A stretch of 64,000 nucleotides of DNA from Octopus vulgaris (taxonomy: Eukaryota), in NCBI GenBank assembly GCA_951406725.2, contig OX597814.1:168020001-168084000 (forward strand). Reading direction: 5' to 3'. Below the pieces are notes generated by a model that made no database searches, was not told where the DNA came from, and saw only the letters and a program-made list of their open reading frames with translations. A program made the translations under genes and the position numbers. Position 1 is the stretch's first letter. Each line of letters opens with the position of its first letter. Below, one piece after another: positions 28,521-42,600 of the stretch.

Positions 28521-28941
28521 GTTGAGGTGTGGAGAACTCATTTCCTTGCTATATGAGAACTGAAAAATATATCATGATAATGTTCCATATAATTAATTTC
28601 ATTTAGCTTTTTAATGTATGCTGCACTAGGTATGTTAATATCAATAGTTTTTATCACTCTGCATCTGGGGTTTTAGAATATATATACAGTAATCTTGCAT
28701 GTCATAAGAAGAGACTAAATGGATTGCTCTTGGGAAAGGTATCATGCCATAAAACATTGCCTCAAAAAATCTTTCTAACCCATACCAGCATAGAAAAGCA
28801 GATGCAAAAATAATAGTAATAATAATCCTTTCTACTATAGGCACAAGACCTAAAATTGTGGGGGAGGAGGATAGTCAACTACGTTGACCCCAGTGTTTCA
28901 CTGGTACCCCAAAAGGATGAAAGGCAAAGTTGATCTTGGCA

Positions 28942-28977
<36 letters not shown>

Positions 28978-31543
28978 CAACAATAACAAAACAACAATGG
29001 TGATGACAAAAATGAATTAGCACAATGACCCACACAGTAATAAAATGATCTTGGTTTCTTTTAAATAAATCAGTTTGTCTGTGAACTGTCCATAATAGAT
29101 AAGAACTACAGGTTTCACTTTGTGTGCATCATCATCATAATTCTCATCATCATCATATTTGTTTTAAAATTGGTTTCTTTATAACCAGTATAGTACTGGT
29201 GTAGTGACTAAAGCAAAAAGGTTTTTAAATTAGTGGGTACCTAACCTGTTAATCCATACATGAGATCACCTATCTACATAAATATCCTTTGAAAAGAAAC
29301 GTCACAGATGAAAAACATTTCTTCAAATTTCCAAATACAAAATCTTTGATTAAATGGAAGTGCCATTCAATAAAACTGTCAATTTATGTATTACTTGTGA
29401 ACTCACCTACAAATTCATCAACCAGCCTTAACAAATAGTCAAATTTTCAAGCCCTGACAAGTTCCAAATAGCAATTCTTCAACAGCACAAAGTAATGACA
29501 CAAACATCTTATTTTGGTATACATATACAAAAGCTTATATATAACAAAAGGTTTTAGTAGGTCTGGCCATTAACTCATTACTGGTAGTACTCAGTGAAGG
29601 CTAAGTGATTATGGTATTCAGCTCGTGATCATAAGGTGATGAGTTCGGTACCTGGTGGCACACGGTGTCTTTGAGCAAGACACCTTATTTCATGTTGCTC
29701 CAGTTCACTCAGCTGATATAAATGAGTTGTTTCTAATTCTTTACTACCCACACAGGGCTAAACACAGAGGGGACAAACAAGGACAGACAAACGGATTAAG
29801 TCGATTACATCGACCCCAGTATGTAACTGGTACTTAATTTATCGACCCCGAAAGGATGAAAGGCAAAGTCACCTCGGCGGAATTTGAACTCAGAACGTAA
29901 CGGCAGACAAAATACGGCTACACATTTTGCCCAGCGTGCTAACGTTTCTGCCAGCTCGACGTCTTGTATCTGTACTTCAAAGGGCCAGCCTTGTTACATT
30001 CAGTGTATCACGCTGAATCTTCCTGAGAATGTGTGGGTACGTGTGTCTGTTGAGTGCTCAGCCACCTTTATGTTTCATTGATCAGATCAGCTGGAACTCA
30101 TGTTGTTGTAACTGATGGAATGTCAGTGCCAGTGGTAATACACAATATTTAATAGGCTGCATGTGAAGACGAGAACCACTACACTAATGTAAGTTTATAT
30201 ATGTTTCTGTACTTTTTTATTACTTGGAACATTTGCAATTACGTATGTTCCTTTACTGGACACTAAACTCTGCTTGTGAAGACCTGTTGAGGTAAGTGAA
30301 ATTGAAATCAATGACAGCACTGCATGACTGGCATCCATGCTAGTGGAGTGCTAAGAGTACCATCTGAGCATGATCGTTGCCAGGGCTGCTGACTGGCTCC
30401 CGTGCCGGTGGCACATAAAAAGTTCAGCCCATGCCAGCATGGAAAGCGGACATTAAACAACAACGACGACAGCTGTGTAAAGAAGTGCTGATCTCTAACT
30501 ATGGAGAAAACTTGTGGGAGAGGTAGACCCAGGAAGACATGAGGCAAGGTGGTGAAGCACGATCTTCAGATATTGGGTCTCATGGAGGTGATGACAAATG
30601 ATTGTGACCTTTGGGGATTTGCTGTGCTTGAGAAGACATATCAAGCCAAGTGAAATCATAGTTATGGCCAGTGCCAGTGACACATTAAAGGTACCCTCTA
30701 CACTCTTGGAGCGGTTGGTGTTAAGAAGGGCATCCAACCATAGAAACCAAGCCAAATTAAACTGGATCCTGGTACAGCCCTATGGCTTACCAATCCCAGT
30801 TGAACATTTAACCCATGCCAGCCTGGAAAAGGGATGCTAAATGATGATGGTAACGATGATGATGATGATCATGATCATGATATGAACTACAACTGTTTGA
30901 ATAAAATAGCATATATGACATAGCTATTGTGATAGTTAAGTCTTTATTGCATAAAATATTTTAGCTAGTTATATGAAAATCATTCATGGTTATTATTAGT
31001 TAAAAAAAATAGAGTGAGAACACCTTATCATTAAACTGAATTCTATGTAACACTTGAGGTCGTTAAGTTTGGGAATTAAATATATCACTTCTTTTATAAA
31101 ATTAACTAAGCTTATTTACTTATTTCTCTGTAGACTGAAAAGAAATAGACAGCTTTAATTGATTTCGACCCTTGTTGGGATCCACAATTCTATATTGCAT
31201 AATACACACCTTTATATTACCTTATATTATATTATATATTATATCATTTTATACTATTATGTTTTATATTACATTAATTTATTTTATTTTAATTTTGTTT
31301 TTGGTTTTTATTTCCAATTGCCCCAGTCTACTCAGCTGTAAATGAGATCCAGCAATAGCTAGGATGTCAACCCTACAACAGGTTGGCATTCCAATCAGAG
31401 GCTAATATTGTCATTTCAGTTATTATACAAAAAGGAAACCTGGTCAAGCTCTGATCTTATGAGTGCCAGGTCTCATGACAGACATATCCAAGATTAGAGC
31501 ACATGAAATAAATTGGCTTGTTGCCAGTTCTAGGAATTGAGCC

Positions 31544-32039
31544 TATAATGGATGGCAAAGTTTACGATATTGGGAGAATATCACCTTCTTCCATTATCTC
31601 TTTTTGTTCTTCGTGTAGTTCAGGCTTCCGGCAGGCGAAGAGAGAAGATTTCGAGTACAAATGCTATTTACAACTGGTTTATTTACAAGTTTTACAGGAT
31701 AGGTGAAGTGTGCTGCTTTCAGCAACCATCTTAAGCTGTGTGCGTGATGTAGTAGCTCTGTTAGTGCTGGCACATTGCCTCTGGAGGTACAACATATAGG
31801 CAGGCCCAGCCAATGGAGTGCGCTCAGCAAGCGCTACTGCTAAGAGGTGGAAAGAAGAGGCAGCAAAAGAGGAAGAATCTCAATCTGTTTTGCCCTTATA
31901 TACAGTTTGACATCATGAGCCTCGTTGTGATCTCACACATGGCAAATGGATGCAGGTGAGGTCTTGCTCCAGTCTCGGAGATGGCAATGGCTGCCACGAG
32001 ATCTCATCCAATATGGTGCTGACTGCTTGTGCCGCTACA
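31544..32039 (-). mobile_element. Probable solo LTR inserted in a SINE remnant
   Basis: Degenerate inverted termini tataatgg...ccgctaca. The minus strand has TATATAAG (about 31896-31903) and AATAAA (about 31678-31683). The flanks rejoin into the SINE sequence ggaattga-acccatga. Confidence 0.5.
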
Positions 32040-33388
32040 AACCCATGATATGTATTATGATTATGAGCTGAACACCCAAGCTACAAGGTCATGCACTTTC
32101 ATATGTGTATATTATATTATATCACTGCCATTATGCAACTGCTTTACCATTTCAATACTAATATTTTAAGAAAGACTTCTTTTTTTTTATGTAAACAGAA
32201 AAACAGCAGAGTACTTGATAGCATTTAGTTTCATCATCCAAAGATTTATGAACAAATCTTGCATCAGCTTTGTCTTTCTTCAAAAGTTAAATAAGAATAA
32301 AATTAATAACATAACTTAAGCCCACAAGTAGAGTAGATATAAAGACATAGATCACACTTTGAAGTAGAAACATACATAAAAACTCCTGATTAAAATAGAA
32401 AAATCCAAACAAAAGTAGCTTCTAAATTAAAAAGAAAAACAGGAAAAACTTTCTAGAAATAGGTATTGTAAAACATCAGTGGGTGGGGTTATATTAGAAA
32501 CATAGAATATTAAGATTAACTTGTCCATGTTAAAACATGTTCCAATTCCATTTCACACTGTTCACTGTAGATCTGACCACTTTATTTGCAGTTTATGTTT
32601 CAACTGTTACTCCTGCTGTTTTTATACATGCTGTCAGCTATTAAATTACAAATTTCTGCAACTTTGTAATTATTAATTGCAACATTCGATACTCTTGTTA
32701 ATTGTAACTTTCATTACTAAACTTTGTACTATTCCAACTTTTAAAATAGAGATATTTACCGAATATCTTTTATAAGAAAGGAAAATGAATATTGCAAATA
32801 CATCTACATTGTGATTTGCTGATAAAAGAAACACTAATTAGAAGAGAAAATTTTCTAATAATACTTTCATTGCTTAACAACGGCTGCAATTCTGTCATTA
32901 ACAAACAATGTTACAAACTAGAATTACATAAGAATGACCAGGCCAAGGGAAGAATCTTTACATGATCAGTTGACCTGCTAAAAGTGGCAACCAAGTCTCC
33001 TTCAAAAACACTGGCTGTCTTAAAGAATGGAAAGATACATTGGATAAGGAAGTCTAAGATTATGTCTGGAAAAAAGGATCGATGTAATTTTCATTTGGAA
33101 TGCTTTTAACAATGTTTGCCCAGTTTCTAAAATAGAAACTATTTATTTCATTTTCAAATGACTGCAAAATTAATTGATTAAAAAAAAAATATCAATCATT
33201 TGATAATTTCACTATTTCCATTAAGTGGGACAAAATCATATTGGAAAATGTATACTTTTGTGATTTCTTTTAAGGCTTCGGTTAACCTTTCTAGACATGT
33301 CCAGTTCTTTTAAGAAAAGAACTGACAGAAAGCTGTGCAGTGTTGTATGACAAGAATCTCTTACAGAATCTTCGCCATTAATTGAACA

Positions 33389-36300
33389 ATGATTATTGGA
33401 CCCAAAGACTATTGTAAATTTAAAGTAAAGACTTTTTATGGACACACTGATGAGGTAAGCATTTTGAAAGTTTTTAAAAACATTTTTGTTGTTTTTACTA
33501 CTCTAATATTTTTGCTGTTGATTTTAAGCCTATCTTTTATCTTTTACATGTTTGTTATTGGATTGTGGCCATGCTGGGGCACTGCTTTCTAGGGTTTTAG
33601 TTGAATAAATCGACCCCTGTACTTATATTTTTAAAAGTTTGGTATTTATTCTATCAGTTTCTTTTATTGAATCAAAATGCTAAGTTATGGGGACAAAAAC
33701 AAACCAACACCAGTTGTCAAGTGGTAGTGGATAGACACAAACACACACATACACTCAACAGGCTTCTTTCAGTTTCTATCTACCAAATCCACTGACACTG
33801 TAAATAATGTAAATAAGGAACAGGGTATTTTGCTTGTTTGTTTGTATGTATGTATGTATGTATGTATGTATGTATGTATGTATGTATGTATGTGTGTATG
33901 TATGTACAGATTTGTATGTTTTATGTATGTATTCTCATGCATATAGTTACAAATCTAGACATGCTGATATATATTTAAATGATAAACTTCTGGAAAGTTT
34001 TTACAGATTTTTACCGTTCCAATGATGGATTGGATCTGTAGTCCTCAAATTGGCTTTCTCCTTTCTGGTTTTGAGAAGCCTAATTTCTCAAGATTCGTAT
34101 TTAGGCAGTGTGTTACATATCCCAGGGCTCCAATAATTACAGGTATAAGCCTTAACTCGTAATCTGGATAGAGTAACTGCAGATTTCTCAATAGTTCAGC
34201 ATAGGTGTTCTCTTTTTCACTGATCATCAATTTTATGTTAACACCCGCTGGGCAGCTAATTCTCACAACTGTGCACAGTTTCTCTATCCCAAATCATTAT
34301 ATCAGGTCTGTTGTGCTTACATTTTATTGAGGTCTTCACTGGTACATTCCACTAGTATTCCTTTTTATTATGAGTGGCTATGGCTTCTACCATACAAGTG
34401 GGTTCTTATTTCTTTGTACTCAGGATTATTATTCCGACAGATTTCATTATAGAGTTTCCAAGCTATGTGTGTATATATGTACGTATTTATGTATGTATAT
34501 TATAACATCATATTTTCTGCAATTCAGGTGAATTGCGTTGCTTTCTCCCCAGACTTTAAACTCATAGTAACTGGATCTGATGATAAAATTGTCAGAATAT
34601 TCAACACAACAACCTGTGAATTACTCTACGAGGTAGAAGGACACCAAGGTAATAATTCTATATCTTGATTTTGTGTTCATAAAGGTACATTAGTGATGAA
34701 AAAGGAGTTGATTCAGCTGTTGTTGAGAGGTCCTTGATTGCTGACATTTGTAGCCATGTGAAGAGAGACACCATAATCCAATAAAAACTAGAGTTAAATA
34801 TGAGTCCTTTGTAAAGTTTAGATACGCAAGTATTTATGGGGTAAAAGCTGCTTCAGTCCACCAGAATTATTCTACTTTATGATGCCTAAATTGTGAAGAG
34901 TAAAAGCTCTTTGGGAGCTTAAACAACATAAATCATGTTGCCAAATTCATTCACTAATTTTCCGTTTTTTCAGGCAGTGCTTATCTATAGTAATATATTT
35001 CTATTCTGTCACTCCTAAGCTACTCTAGTTTATGGAGTGAAATGATTCTGGAGGATTGAAGCAGGAATTTAAGCAGGTTTTACTTTTTACCTCATAAATT
35101 TTTGTGTATGTCATATCTCACTAAATGTCCTCTTACAAAACAGGTGTGGTGTGTTTGAGTTATGAAAACTTTAACAATGTTAAATGGTTGGGCGACATTC
35201 CCTTACCTAAGTCAGAATTTTGTGAATCAGTACCCCAGATGTTGCCTTTCAAACCAAATATTGATAGATTGATAAGAAAGAAATGAATGAATAAACAAAC
35301 AATATCGTACATTTATAGCAGGAAGTTTGTTTAATTTAAAGGCAAAAATTACTCCCGTAAAGTAAGCAAATATTGTAACTGTCGTAATTATATTTCTTTA
35401 GGTGCAATTCGATGTGTGGCAGTGTCACCAGACAATGAATTTATAGCCAGTGGATCGTATGATAAAGCCATTCAGTTATGGAGAATAAGTGATGCAAATT
35501 TTTATAACAAACTTTTGGGTAAGAAAGTATTTTGGAATTTTTGAACAAACACATGTGTAAATCAATGGGTAATTTGCTTACTATCATGACAATTAGCAAC
35601 TAAAAGGACTGATAAATTGTATACTAGAAGCCGTAGCCATTCATGTAATTTTCCATGTCTGCATTCTCATAACTTCGATTCATCAGGATCTTCCAGATGG
35701 AAATGCTGGTACCATATGTTTGCTGACAATGACTGTCACTGTATCCAACAGTCTTCCTTCACCCAAAACTTACAACTCATATGGGAAATTATGTTGCCAG
35801 GAATTGTGTGGTTTTTAATGATTTAGTGATTATTTTCATGAAATGCTTGATAATGACTTTAATTGCTATGGAAGAATATATTGTTTGATTTTTGTTGTTA
35901 TTCATGCATTCTCCATATTGGAATATACAACTAAACATGACTTCTCTATTTTTTTGTAACTCTTAACATTTTTTTTTTTGGAATACTTGTATTAAACAAA
36001 GAAGATGGCAACACTGCCAAAGAAAAATTTAGTATAGGGTTTACATGAAGAGGAGAAATGATTGAAAGAATTGAATTTTCAAATTATTTTTTCTATACGG
36101 CTATAATTTCCATTGTTTAAAACACAAAAAAAGCTGAAAATGGTTTTCTAAATAGATTAAAAGCAAAAGGATCATCATCATCGCTGTCGTTACCACCATC
36201 ACCACCAACTGTTGGTTTGTTTATATTCCTGTGACCTAGCAGTTTGGCTAAGAAAGACAATAGAATAAGAACTGGGGTTGATTTGTTTGACTCAACCCTT

Positions 36301-36601
36301 CAAGGCAGTGCTCCAGCATGACCAGAGTCCAGTGAATGAAACAAGAAAAAGAAAGATATAATGCTTTATACATTTCATACAATTTATATTTTTTAAATTT
36401 CAAAGTATGACAAGTAAAATATTTTAAAATTTCAACTGCAGGCCATACCAAAAGTGTTGAAGTGGTGATATTTTCTCCAGATTCAAATCTGCTATGTTCT
36501 GGTTCATGGGACCGACTAGCAATTGTTTGGAATATAGAGGTAAGCCTAAAAATTCATGTTACATACAAAGGTTTGGTTTGTTGCGTGAGTGTATGCATGT
36601 G

Positions 36602-36636
<35 letters not shown>

Positions 36637-39600
36637 CGCGTGCACATGCACATGTGCATGTGAGGGGGTGTTCCCCCTTGGTCATGAATGACCATGGGAT
36701 TGTACCTAGAAAGTTCCCCTCTGAGACACAAGTATAGGCAAAGTAACTTATAGAAGACCAGCAATCACCCATGTATATCAGCCTCCCTTCTACATGCCAC
36801 CGATGATATCCAAGGGAAAAGCAAAGGCAGCTATAACTTGGCACCAGTGATGTCGCAACTCATTTCTGCAGCTGAGTGAACTGGAGCAATGTGAAATAAA
36901 GTCTCTTGCTCAAGACCACAACACACAACTTGATCCAGGAATTGAACTCACAAACTAATGTGAGCCTGACACTCTAACCACTGAGCCATAGTGCTTCAAC
37001 TTATATTAGCCTTTTAACAATACAATTAAATTTTATGGTTATCCCTGAAATGATGTTTGTTATCGGCTAAAACATAAAACTGGCATTTTCTGTGAGTCAT
37101 GTTGCATGATGGCAATCATGACACATCTCAACAAAAGACAGATTGAATGTAAAACTGCTCCCTGAAGCTAATGGTAATAATATTTTTAGTGGATATATTT
37201 GATTTCACAATAAAAGGTGTAATATTCTAGAACTTCTTTTTAAGGCAGTGAGCTTTCAGAATCCTAGACAAAATGCTTAGCAGCATTTCATTGCCAACTT
37301 GCATGGATAATCTGTTTATTGAAAATTTTCTACTTGTTATATTACTTATCTAACTGTATTTATACTTGGTGTGAAGAGCACTTTCTTGAGGTATTTTCCC
37401 TGAGCCATATTGCCAAGCAAACAGTTTGGAAGAACAATCAGAACCTTAGCTTTATTTTCAGTTCTTAGCAGAATGAATTTATTTATTCATATTGAAATTT
37501 TCATAGAAGGAATCCATCTTGTTTTCCAGTGATGAAAATTACATAGATATTAAGAAAGCCTCATCATAGGCGCAGGAGTGGCTGTGTGGTAAGTAGCTTG
37601 CTTACCAGCCACACGGTTCCGGGTTCGTTCCCACTGCATGGCACCTTGGTCAAGTGTCTTCTACTATAGCCTCAACTGATTTGAGTGGATTTGGTAGACG
37701 GAAACTGAAAGAAGCCCGTTGTATATATGTATATATATATGTGTGTGTGTTTGTGTGTCTGTGTTCGTCCCCCCAACATTTCTTAACAACTGATGCTGGT
37801 GTGTTTACATCCCCGTAACTTAGTGGTTCGGCAAAAGAGACCGCTAGAATAAGTACTAGGCTTACAAAGAATAAGTCCCGGGGTCGATTTGCTGGCCACA
37901 GCATGGCCACAGTCAAATGACTGAAACTAGTAAAAGAATATCATATCCCATTTAAACTTGAGCAGTGTGTAACAAAATCCTTCAATATCGCTCTACATGT
38001 TGATTCTTACTATCACCAAGAATCTCTCTTGGCAAAAGTACATCTTCAACATAGCTAGGACTACATCCCTATGCCTGCCCCTTTACTTTTTGGCCAGAAG
38101 ATACTTCATCATCCAACAGTTGAGGATGAAAGACTTGAGGTATTTCGTGTTGCAAGACAGTGTGTGAGAGAGAATCGTGACGTGGTAGGAGAGAAATGTG
38201 TTCGCAAGGATGACGGTTCACTTGCGCTAAATGAGGATGCAAAGAGAGAGGCTTGGAGACGCCACTATGAAAGGTTGCTGAATGAGGAAAATGAATGGGA
38301 TAAAGAGAGTCTGCTGAATGTCGACCCAACAGAGGGACCAGCAATCCAAGTTAACAGTTCCTTAGTAGATAAGGCAATTAGAAGCATGAAAACAGGGAAA
38401 GCCCCAGGCCCATCAGGAATTACTGCAGAGATGCTCAAAATATCTGGTAGTGTCGGCTATAGCTTAGTCACCCGTATAGTTAACCAGGTGATACACGAAG
38501 GAGTCATACCCAATGTCTGGTGTAGCAGCATAATAGTCAACTGCTACAAAGGTAAAGGCGACGCCCTAGATACAAATAACTACAGGGGCATCAAGCTGCT
38601 GGATCAGGTAATGAAGGTTACGGAGAGGGTTATAGCCCAATTAATTAGAGAGAGAGTTAGCTTAGATGATATGCAGTTTGGGTTCGTGCCAGGGAAAAGT
38701 ACTACTGATGCTATATTCCTGGTAAGACAGCTGCAGGAGAAATACTTAGCCAAAGATAAGCCCTTGTACCTGGCTTTTGTTGACTTGGAGAAAGCTTTTG
38801 ACAGGGTCCTCCGATCCCTTATCTGGTGGTCAATGAGGAAACTAGGGATAGATGAATGGTTAGTGAGAGCTGTGCAAGCCATGTACAGAGACGCTGCTAG
38901 TAAGGTGAGGGTTGGCAACGAGTACAGTGAAGAATTCCAGGTAGAGGTTGGGGTCCACCAAGGTTCAGTCCTCAGTCCCCTCCTATTTATCATAGTCCTC
39001 CAGGCAATAACGGAGGAATTCAAGACAGGATGCCCCTGGGAGCTCCTCTATGCTGATGACCTTGCTCTAATTGCTGAGTCACTATCAGAACTGGAGGAGA
39101 AGTTTCAGGTGTGGAAACAAGGATTAGAATCGAAGGGCCTTAGAATCAACCTAGCCAAAACCAAAGTCCTAATAAGTAGGAAGGTGGACCAATCACAAAC
39201 GACTTCAGGTAGATGGCCCTACTCGATCTGTAAAAAAGGTGTAGGTAGAAACTCTATAAGGTGCACCAAGTGTAAGCTATGGACACATAAGAGGTGCAGC
39301 AATGTCAAAGGAAGGCTAACTAGGAAAATAGTTTTTGTCTGTGGCAGATGCTCAGGAGCAATAAACACTGGAAATGTGCAGAGACCAACTTCTACCACGT
39401 TCCAGGGAGACAAACTAGAAGTAGTTGATAGCTTCCGCTACCTAGGAGACCAAGTCAGTAGCGGGGGTGGGTGTGCTGAAAGTGTAACTACTAGAGTAAG
39501 AATAGCCTGGGCAAAGTTTAGAGAGCTCTTACCCCTGCTGGTGACAAAAAGCCTCTCGCTCAGAGTAAAAGGCAGACTGTATGATGCATGTGTACGTACA

Positions 39601-42600
39601 GCCATGCTACATGGTAGTGAAACATGGGCCGTGACTGCTGAGGATATGCGTAAGCTCGCAAGAAATGAAGCCAGTATGCTCCGATGGATGTGTAATGTCA
39701 GTGTTCATAATCGTCAGAGTGTAAGTACCTTGAGAGAAAAGTTGAACCTAAGAAGCGTCAGTTGTGGTGTGCAAGAGAGACGGCTGCGCTGGTATGGTCA
39801 TGTGACGAGAATGGCTGAAGATAGTTGTGTGCAAAAGTGCTACACCCTAGCAGTTGAGGGAACCTGTGGAAGAGGTAGACCCAGGTAAACCTGGTACGAG
39901 GTGGTTAAGCACGACCTTCGAACTTTAGGTCTCACCAAGGAAATGACTAGAGACCGAGACCTATGGAAGTATGCTGTGCGTGAGAAGACCCGGCAAGACT
40001 AGTCAGGCCATAACCCGTGGCCCCTACCTGGGACGTAGTCAGTCCACCTGTGCATACCTTCCTTCTTGTGACACTTGTAAAGACCTGTTGAGGCAAGTGA
40101 AAATCAAATCAATTCAAAACAAATCAAAATAGATGAACATCAATGGAATTTGTATCTTTGTGGTACCAGTGCCGGTGGCACACAAGAAAACCATCCGAAT
40201 GTGGACGTAGCCAGTACCGCATCGACTGGCCTCCATGCTGTGGGCACGTAACAAACACCATCCGATCATGGCCATTCGCCAGCCTCATCTGGCACCTGTG
40301 TCGGTGGCACATAAAAACACCATCCGAAGACCCGGCAAGACTAGTCAGGCCATAACCCATGGCCCCTACCTGGGACGTAGTCAGTCCACCTGTGCATACC
40401 TTCCTTCTTGTGACACTTGTGAAGACCTGTTGAGGCAAGTGAAAATCAAATCAATTCAAAATAGATGAACATCAATGGAATTTGTATCTTTGTGGTACCA
40501 GTGCCGGTAGCACACAAGAAAACCATCCGAACGTGGCCGTAGCCAGTACCGCATCGACTGGCCTCCGTGCTGTGGGCACGTAACAAACACCATCTGATCG
40601 TGGCTGTTCGCCAGCCTCATCTGGCACCTGTGTCGGTGACACATAAGAAAACACCATCTGAGCGTGGCCGTCTGCCAGCCTCGTCTGGCACCTGTGTCGG
40701 TGGCACATAAAAACACCATCCGAGCGTGGCCGTCTGCCAGCCTCGTCTGGCACCTGTGTCGGTGGCACATAAAATCACCCACTACACTCTCGGAGTGGTT
40801 GGCATTAGGAAGGGCATCCAGCTGTAGAAATACTGCCAGATCTGACTGGCCTGGTGCAGCCTTCGGGCTCCCCAGACCCCAGTTGAACCGTCCAACCCAT
40901 GCTAGCATGGAAAGCGGACGTTAAATGATGATGATGATGATGATGATGATGATTAACACTTTTGTTACTGTATTTATTTCGAGATACTCTATGTTTCTTT
41001 CAATTAATTTTAAATATACCAAAGAATTTAGTAAAAATAACTTAGTTATCATTAAGCTAATGTTAGGAACATAAATTGTGACTAAGGTTTGGTGGAAGAT
41101 TTTAATTCAAAACTTTTGAAAACAAGACATCTGTACTCAGAGCCAGAGCTGGTTTCAGCCGGGCTGGTAATGAAAGGGTTAAGAGTGAGGCCCACAATAG
41201 AATATTGCTCCCACATCTTAGATGACACTGTTGTATCTTAAGTGAAAGCATGTGGCTTAGTGGTTAGGGTATTCAGTTCATGATTGTAAGGTTGTGAATT
41301 TGTATCAGAACTGTTATTTGATTGTAATATTAGACATCTTGTCAATTTGGCTGTTTTAACCTTAAATACTAGAAAATCAGCTCACCAGAGCTTTTCTTAT
41401 CATCAAGTCACATGACCCAGTTGTTGGCCAAATTAGTTGCAGGTATTGGTTGGTTTTAGCTGTCCAATCATATGTTCTTAGAGTATGTGTGTATATGGTC
41501 ATGTGTTTCCTTCTGACAGAAACACATGACCATATACACACACACATAGGGAGACATACATCCATACATAACAGACACACGTATATAGTCACATAAACCC
41601 ATATACATAGACACACTCAAATATGCACACATAAGGATACATAAGCACACACACACATGAATATGCAGAATACATATATTCATATGTGCATACACAAGCA
41701 CACATACATGTGTAAAAACAGATAAAAGAGAATGCAGCTCTAATAATGGACATAGTCAACATCCATTGACAAGGTTGAAAAAGCAATGAAAATTTTGGAA
41801 GAAAATATATGAATAATAAATGAGTGGAAATCGAACCGGTGCGTGTGTTAGATAATAAGGCATTAAGACAATAGGATTTGTCCCAGACACAATAAAATTT
41901 GTTTCAACATACGAATTCACATAAAGAATCTTGCAAACCGGATTAAAAAAACAAACAAGAGAGGTAATTTCAAGAATAAATCGTCCTGGGAATTAAATTC
42001 ATGGGAGGTAACTCTTGATAATTACAACATATAGAGCTAATGCTGGCTAAAATAAATTAAAATGAAAAGTTTTAAGTGCTATTTTCTTTTTTACGTATGC
42101 TAGTGAAAACAAAAACGAAGAAATAAAAATAATCAATACAATTTGTAATATAGCATAATTCATGTGTTGTAAGGCAGTAACATAGCTAGAGGAAGGAGTG
42201 AAACAGTTCTCTGCCCAGGGCGACTCTTTTATGAAGATAGCCCTTTTGGATCTCCTGTAAAAGCTTGAATAAGCTTGCTTGTGGTCCTGGCAGACTCAAG
42301 GATTGCGAAGTAGGCACACACTCTAGTTAAGTCACTACTGTAAGATAAAGGGAGTTAACCAAATGGAAGCACCAGTAATTGAGAAGTTAACTTCATTAAC
42401 TGTTACTCCATGAACCCAAAAGTTAACTTTGATAACCGTTAATCAGTTATTTCCTAATGTAATAGAAGTTATCGATAAACTGTTAACATTAATTTTCTTT
42501 ATAGAAAAAAATAAAAGATCAGTTTTTGCTCTAAAATCACATAAAAACATTTAAAAAGTGCCAAAACTATAAAATCCACTAACTTCAATTGAATTGAAGT

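Noticed and set aside
26030-29500. Possible minus-strand spliced gene: a donor at about 29406 and an acceptor at about 26111 give ..LELVRA*KFDYLLRLVDEFVESTFSEGKYNFQLLRYSCLGLTFCPA* with an in-frame TGA (selenoprotein?)
   Set aside because: All three frames of the upstream segment contain stops, I see no SECIS-like stem and no recognisable homology. At most it is a non-coding transcript.
38071-39888. 605-aa ORF as an active or domesticated RT gene
   Set aside because: It is 5'-truncated with no endonuclease, the ATG comes from flanking sequence, and there is a premature stop about 40 codons before the family C-terminus.
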